DNA of 64,000 nucleotides from NCBI GenBank assembly GCA_963665295.1, contig OY762209.1:1600001-1664000 (forward strand), written 5' to 3'. Each line of letters opens with the position of its first letter. Positions within the stretch are counted from its first letter, which is position 1. Source of the DNA: Syntrophorhabdaceae bacterium. GTDB taxonomy: Bacteria; Desulfobacterota; Syntrophorhabdia; Syntrophorhabdales; Syntrophorhabdaceae. The notes below the pieces were generated by a model. It searched no databases. It was not told where the DNA came from and saw nothing but the letters and a program-made list of their open reading frames with translations. Both the position numbers and the translations under genes were made by a program. This document shows positions 59,530 to 64,000 of the stretch, one piece after another.

Positions 59530-60798
59530 CTATTTCACCTCACCGCAAAGCCTCTCGCCTGCGGCCACAAGGGTCTCCATCTTCTTCGCGAAGGCGAAGC
59601 GCACCGTTTTTTTACCCATTCCCGGCGTGCCATAGAAGACCGATCCCGGCACCACAGCGACGCCGAGGTGAGCGGGCAACCAGCGGGCAAAAGAGTGGTC
59701 GTCTCCATCGAAATCCCACTGGCTGAAGTCGGCCATCACATAGTACGAGCCTTCTGGAGGTTGGGCGCCAAGGCGGGTTTTGCTCAGGACGGACATCATG
59801 GTTTCTCTTCTTGCCGCATAGTCGGCCCGCAGTTTTCCATAGTAGGCGTCCGGCAGGGTGAGCGCCGCGGTGCACGCAGCCTGGAGAGGGGCCGGGGCAC
59901 AGATGGTCATGAAATCGTGGACCGTGCGGATCCCGAGGGTGAGCGGATTCAAGGCACAGGCATACCCGAGGCGCCATCCCGTCAAGGCGAAGGTTTTGCC
60001 GAACCCGCTGATCGTTACGGTCCGGTCCGCCATACCCGGGACCGCGGCGAGGGGCAGATGCCGATGACCATCATACAGTATATGTTCGTATATCTCGTCG
60101 GTGACGGCGATGACATTGAACTCCATGCACAATTTGGCGATACCTTCCAGTTCGTCTCTTGTAAAGACGTGCCCTGTGGGGTTGTGAGGCGTATTGATAA
60201 GGATGATCCGGGTGCGTTCGTTGAAAGCGGCGCGGAGTTTGTCAAGGTCAAGCGTATACCCAGGCGGGTCGAGCGGCACGAACCGGGGAACTCCGCTGGC
60301 AAAGATAACCGCGGGAAAGTATCCCTCGTGGAAGGGCTCTATGATAATCACCTCATCGCCGGGATTCACGTTGCTCATCATGGTAGCGAGGATCGCCTCC
60401 GTCACCCCGCAGGTAACGGTGATATGTTCGTCGGGGTCAAAAGCGAGATTGTACCATCGTTTCATTTTGGCGGAGATTGCCTGTCGCAGCGCGGGCGCGC
60501 CCCACGTGACCGTGTACTGGTTCCCGCCCGCATCGAGGGCCTGATGGGCCGCCTCTATTACCTCCCGGGGAGGATCAAAGTCAGGAAAACCCTGGGAAAG
60601 GTTGATGGCGTTGTGGGTGATGGCAAGGCGTGTCATCTCCCGTATAAAGGATTCCCGCAATTGTGAGAGTCGCCGGGCGCCTCCGCCAGTCACGGGATTG
60701 TATCTTTTATCCACTGCCGAGCTGTTTGCTTTGTGGACAATCTCCATTCTCGTTCCCTCGTTCCTTTGTACCGCTTTCTCCGTCACTTCGTTTTTCAT
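59530..60798 (-). CDS. Class I/II PLP-dependent aminotransferase (possibly aromatic/tyrosine)
   Basis: INLSQGFPDF, NTPHNPTG, TDEIY, GKTFALTGWRLG; GGGAGG RBS. Confidence 0.92.
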   Translation of the reverse strand: MKNEVTEKAVQRNEGTRMEIVHKANSSAVDKRYNPVTGGGARRLSQLRESFIREMTRLAITHNAINLSQGFPDFDPPREVIEAAHQALDAGGNQYTVTWGAPALRQAISAKMKRWYNLAFDPDEHITVTCGVTEAILATMMSNVNPGDEVIIIEPFHEGYFPAVIFASGVPRFVPLDPPGYTLDLDKLRAAFNERTRIILINTPHNPTGHVFTRDELEGIAKLCMEFNVIAVTDEIYEHILYDGHRHLPLAAVPGMADRTVTISGFGKTFALTGWRLGYACALNPLTLGIRTVHDFMTICAPAPLQAACTAALTLPDAYYGKLRADYAARRETMMSVLSKTRLGAQPPEGSYYVMADFSQWDFDGDDHSFARWLPAHLGVAVVPGSVFYGTPGMGKKTVRFAFAKKMETLVAAGERLCGEVK

Positions 60799-60861
60799 AA
60801 AACCTCCCTATTTGTTGTTTTCAGGGTTAAACGACCGCTTTGTCTCCCGTCGTTATTACCC

Positions 60862-60896
60862 AAAAAAAGAGGGCCATGGTAAGAGACCATAGCCCT
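60862..60896 (-). terminator. Attenuator terminator 2
   Basis: AGGGCTATGGT-ctctt-ACCATGGCCCT followed by CTTTTTTT. Confidence 0.8.
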
Positions 60897-60897
60897 T

Positions 60898-60934
60898 AAA
60901 AACCAAAAGGCCATGGGTTGTGCGCCCATGGCCT
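60898..60934 (-). terminator. Attenuator terminator 1
   Basis: AGGCCATGGG-cgcacaa-CCCATGGCCT followed by TTTGGTTTTT. Confidence 0.8.
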
Positions 60935-60963
60935 CCGTCTTTCAGTCGATCAGAGAAAGACCA

Positions 60964-61032
60964 TCATGAGCGCACCTTGGTGTAATAATAATAGTAATAA
61001 TAGCTGACCGGCGCGCTGGTGATGATTTTCAT
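60964..61032 (-). CDS. Tyr-rich leader peptide MKIITSAPVSYYYYYYYTKVRS
   Basis: ATG 61032, seven tandem TAT/TAC codons, TGA 60964; located between promoter and terminators. Confidence 0.82.
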   Translation of the reverse strand: MKIITSAPVSYYYYYYYTKVRS

Positions 61033-61038
61033 ATGGTC

Positions 61039-61067
61039 ACGATATCATATGGAATATGACAAGTCAA
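61039..61067 (-). promoter_or_regulatory. Sigma70 promoter predicting a leaderless leader-peptide mRNA
   Basis: TTGACT-17-TATCGT with TG extension; 6 nt between the -10 and the ATG; no SD. Confidence 0.65.
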
Positions 61068-61406
61068 CATAAATGTCGTTCAGAGAACGCAGGCCATGGC
61101 CTGTATACAGAAGCCACACCTTTAACCTCGATGGTTGACGGCCTGAACCTGCCGCGTTATCGACTCAACGCCCCACCTTCTCACGGGGGCACCATGGGCG
61201 CCCCTTATTCCCGATCCCGGGAAGCACGCGCCATTTCCGAAATAAAGGCGGGACAGCGCCCGCATATGGAGGCGGATGCCGGCCCGCGTCCGGCGCGATG
61301 CGGACGGGTATAGACAAGTATGCCCTTGCGGCGGAAGAAGGATCTGCCCTTTATCCCGACTATTGAAACTCCGGAAAATATGATACAATCGAAAAAGGAG
61401 AACACC

Positions 61407-62369
61407 ATGAAAACTCTGAGAACCGATTCGTGGCATGTCTTTCCCGCTTTTCCGATCACTGCCCTCGCGGTGATCCTCGCGATAATCCTCCTCTCTCCCC
61501 TGACATCGGTCGCCGACAGCCCGTCGCCCGCCGGGACGCCTGTTCTCTGGCCTTCCCGCATGGATGGGTGGAAGATTGCGGAAGGACCCGTAGTTTATGA
61601 CCGGAAGTCGGCTTATACCTATATGGACGGGTCGGCGGAGTTGTTCATCGCCTTCAACATGGAGACGGTGACTGTGGTGAGGTACGAGTCGGCGGGGCGG
61701 CCCGCGATTGTTCTGGAGGTCTACCGGATGGGCTCCACGGACGACGCCTATGGCCTTTTTACCTTCGAGAGCGACGATCCCGCAGCGGGGATAGGCCAGG
61801 GGTCGGAATTCGGGGGCGGTCTCCTCCGGTTTTATAAAGGATATTATTTCGTGAGCGTGTACGGGGATGGCACGGGCGCGGACGTGGAGGCCGCGACTTT
61901 GAGTATTGGACGCTACGTGGCGGACGCCATCACGGAGACGGGTAAGAAGCCTGCGATCCTGGACCTTCTCCCGGACGGAGAAAGCCCTTACGTGAGGGCC
62001 GCGACGTGGCTGCTTCGGAGTCACATCCTCCTCAACCAGCGCTTTTCCGTCTCCAGGAAAAATATACTGAACCTCGCCGCTGATACGGAGGCGGTCCTTG
62101 CCCGGTATGAGAGCGGCAAGGAGAAGGTCCACCTCCTTCTCGTAAAGTATCCCGACAGGGCACGGGCGGATTCGGCCTTCTCGGGTTTCAAGGCGGAATA
62201 TGCACCTGACGGGGGAAGCTTCCCGAGGAAGACGGGGAACAATAAGTGGGTCGCCGCAGGGGCCTACGGCCGTTACGTTCTCGCAATATTCGATGCCCCC
62301 GATGAGACGTTTGCCACGAAAATGCTCAGGAATGCGGCCGCGCCGCTCGACAAGGAGGCACGACAATGA
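61407..62369 (+). CDS. Exported protein, DUF6599-like
   Basis: N-terminal hydrophobic segment; YMDGSAELF and EVYRMGSTDDAYGLF motifs. Confidence 0.65.
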   Translation: MKTLRTDSWHVFPAFPITALAVILAIILLSPLTSVADSPSPAGTPVLWPSRMDGWKIAEGPVVYDRKSAYTYMDGSAELFIAFNMETVTVVRYESAGRPAIVLEVYRMGSTDDAYGLFTFESDDPAAGIGQGSEFGGGLLRFYKGYYFVSVYGDGTGADVEAATLSIGRYVADAITETGKKPAILDLLPDGESPYVRAATWLLRSHILLNQRFSVSRKNILNLAADTEAVLARYESGKEKVHLLLVKYPDRARADSAFSGFKAEYAPDGGSFPRKTGNNKWVAAGAYGRYVLAIFDAPDETFATKMLRNAAAPLDKEARQ

Positions 62370-63256
62370 AAGAAAAGAAAACGATCACCCGCCGCGATTT
62401 TCTTAAGGGGACCGCGGGCATCGCGTTGGGGGCCGCCCTTGGCCCCATGCTTCCCGGCTTCACCATGGCCCAGGCATCTCCCAGGGTAGTTCTCGTAAGG
62501 GATGCGGACGTGGTGGGCCCCGGCGGGGAGGTAAACGGGAAGATACTCGCGTCCATGCTCGACGAAGCGGTCCGCCTCGTGACCGGGGCGAAAGAGCCCC
62601 TTGACGGGTGGAAGGGCCTCTTCGGGAAATCCGACGTCGTAGGGGTTAAGACCAACGCCTGGCGCTACCTGTCCACCCCGAAAGAGATGGAAGAGGCCAT
62701 CCGGCGGCGCGTCATGGAGACGGGAGTGGAGGAGAAGAATATTGCGGTAGACGACAGGGGCATTCGCACCAACCCTGTGTTCATGAGGTCCACCGCCCTC
62801 GTCAACGTCCGTCCCGTGAGGACCCACCATTGGGCAGGGGTGGGGACGTGTCTCAAGAACTACATCATGTTCGTGCCTACCCCTTCGGAGTACCATCCCG
62901 ACGGATGCGCCGAGCTGGGCAGGGTATGGACCCTACCGGAAGTGAAAGGAAAGACCCGCCTCAACATACTCGTGGCCCTTACCCCTCAGTTTTACGGGAG
63001 GGGGGCGAACTTTTTCGACAGGCGATATGTCTGGTCTTACAAGGGCATAATCGTGGGCATCGACCCCGTGGCAGTCGACACGGTGGGCGCGGAGCTTCTG
63101 AAGCGAAAGCGGATTGCCCAATTCGGAGAGGACAGGGCCCTCGATGTGACACCCCACCATATAACGGTGGCGGACCGGAAGTACAGGCTCGGCGTGTCGG
63201 ATCTCAAGAAGATCGACCTTGTAAAAGTCGGCTGGAAGGAAGATATTCTCCTTTAG
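62366..63256 (+). CDS. Tat-exported DUF362-domain protein
   Basis: TRRDFLK twin-arginine signal, VGVKTN, RTHHWAGVGTCLKN, DPVAVD. Confidence 0.78.
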   Translation: MKEKKTITRRDFLKGTAGIALGAALGPMLPGFTMAQASPRVVLVRDADVVGPGGEVNGKILASMLDEAVRLVTGAKEPLDGWKGLFGKSDVVGVKTNAWRYLSTPKEMEEAIRRRVMETGVEEKNIAVDDRGIRTNPVFMRSTALVNVRPVRTHHWAGVGTCLKNYIMFVPTPSEYHPDGCAELGRVWTLPEVKGKTRLNILVALTPQFYGRGANFFDRRYVWSYKGIIVGIDPVAVDTVGAELLKRKRIAQFGEDRALDVTPHHITVADRKYRLGVSDLKKIDLVKVGWKEDILL

Positions 63257-63317
63257 GAAGGACAATTTTGTCCGGGGGCCGTCATGGGCTTCATTCCGGA
63301 AAGATGGGAGGTGCCTG

Positions 63318-64000
63318 ATGATTATAAACGATGCAATCGCACGGGCCATGTCCATAAGACTCGACGAGGTGGTGGGTGATCTTCCTCCTCCACCTTCTTT
63401 CAGGGAAGGGATCAGGAGGGCGCCCAAGCGGAACTTCACCCTTTCAAGGGAAGAGACGGTCCTCGCACTGAAGAACGCCCTCCGGTACGTGCCGGAAAAG
63501 TGGCACGGGGTCCTCGCGCCCGAATTCCTCGACGAGCTTCTTACAAGGGGCCGCGTGTACGCGTACCGGTTCAGGCCCGAGGGGGCCATCACGGGAAGGC
63601 CCGTCGAGACCTATTCCGGTAAGTGCATGGAAGGCAGGGCCTTCCAGGTAATGATCGACAACAATCTCGATTTCGACGTGGCCCTCTATCCCTACGAGCT
63701 CGTAACCTACGGGGAGACGGGGCAGGTCTGCCAGAACTGGCTTCAGTACCGCCTTATCAAGGCCTATCTCGAAGTCTTGACTACGGAGCAGACCCTCGTC
63801 GTCGAATCGGGCCATCCCCTTGGACTCTTCAGGTCGAACGAAAACGCCCCCAGGGTGATAATCACGAACGCCCTCATGGTGGGGTGTTTTGACGACCAGG
63901 AGAACTGGAGCCGGGCCGCCCAACTGGGGGTGGCCAATTACGGCCAGATGACCGCGGGCGGGTGGATGTACATCGGGCCCCAGGGCATCGTCCACGGTAC
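63318..64000 (+). CDS. hutU: Urocanate hydratase (5' part, truncated by window end)
   Basis: Own translation: NNLDFDVALYPYELVTYG, SGHPLGLF, YGQMTAGGWMYIGPQGIVHG; absent from ORF track. Confidence 0.93.
   Translation, partial: MIINDAIARAMSIRLDEVVGDLPPPPSFREGIRRAPKRNFTLSREETVLALKNALRYVPEKWHGVLAPEFLDELLTRGRVYAYRFRPEGAITGRPVETYSGKCMEGRAFQVMIDNNLDFDVALYPYELVTYGETGQVCQNWLQYRLIKAYLEVLTTEQTLVVESGHPLGLFRSNENAPRVIITNALMVGCFDDQENWSRAAQLGVANYGQMTAGGWMYIGPQGIVHG

Noticed and set aside
60982..61003. TAA microsatellite, or a poly-Leu/Ile leader
   Set aside because: Only the Tyr frame has an ATG before the run; the other two frames have TGA immediately upstream
1..64000. tRNA/rRNA genes, prophage or defence systems
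   Set aside because: No such signatures recognised; the sirtuin looks like a canonical CobB rather than a defence SIR2

Overview
GC-rich bacterial chromosomal segment. The gene content (TRAP transporter, two phenylacetate-CoA-ligase paralogs, molybdopterin oxidoreductases, CooC, selenoprotein rhodanese, DUF362, ParB/SplB pair) suggests an anaerobic Desulfobacterota/Syntrophorhabdus-like organism (inference). Left to right: an IclR-controlled aromatic-acid uptake/activation cluster; two stand-alone Mo/W-bisPGD oxidoreductases; mgtA; a TonB-dependent, probably copper-related locus interrupted by an IS; housekeeping genes (cobB, cooC, plsC, ftsK, lolA, recO); an IS256; c-di-GMP and chemotaxis genes; an aminotransferase; and the start of hutU. 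Most interesting items: (1) a leaderless 22-aa peptide with seven consecutive Tyr codons and a double terminator/antiterminator upstream of the aminotransferase, a candidate tyrosine-sensing attenuator; (2) two paralogous signal-peptide + CYCC-x6-C-x4-CPxC + VYLEVPV[KR]PP small ORFs, each upstream of a gene in the TonB locus, resembling metal-sensing ribosome-arrest leaders; (3) a UGA-readthrough selenocysteine rhodanese with a SECIS-like hairpin; (4) displaced, synonymously recoded copies of the ftsK 3' end interleaved with a covarying structured repeat; (5) a homologous 50-59 aa microprotein downstream of each CoA ligase. All functional calls come from reading motifs; no database searches were run.
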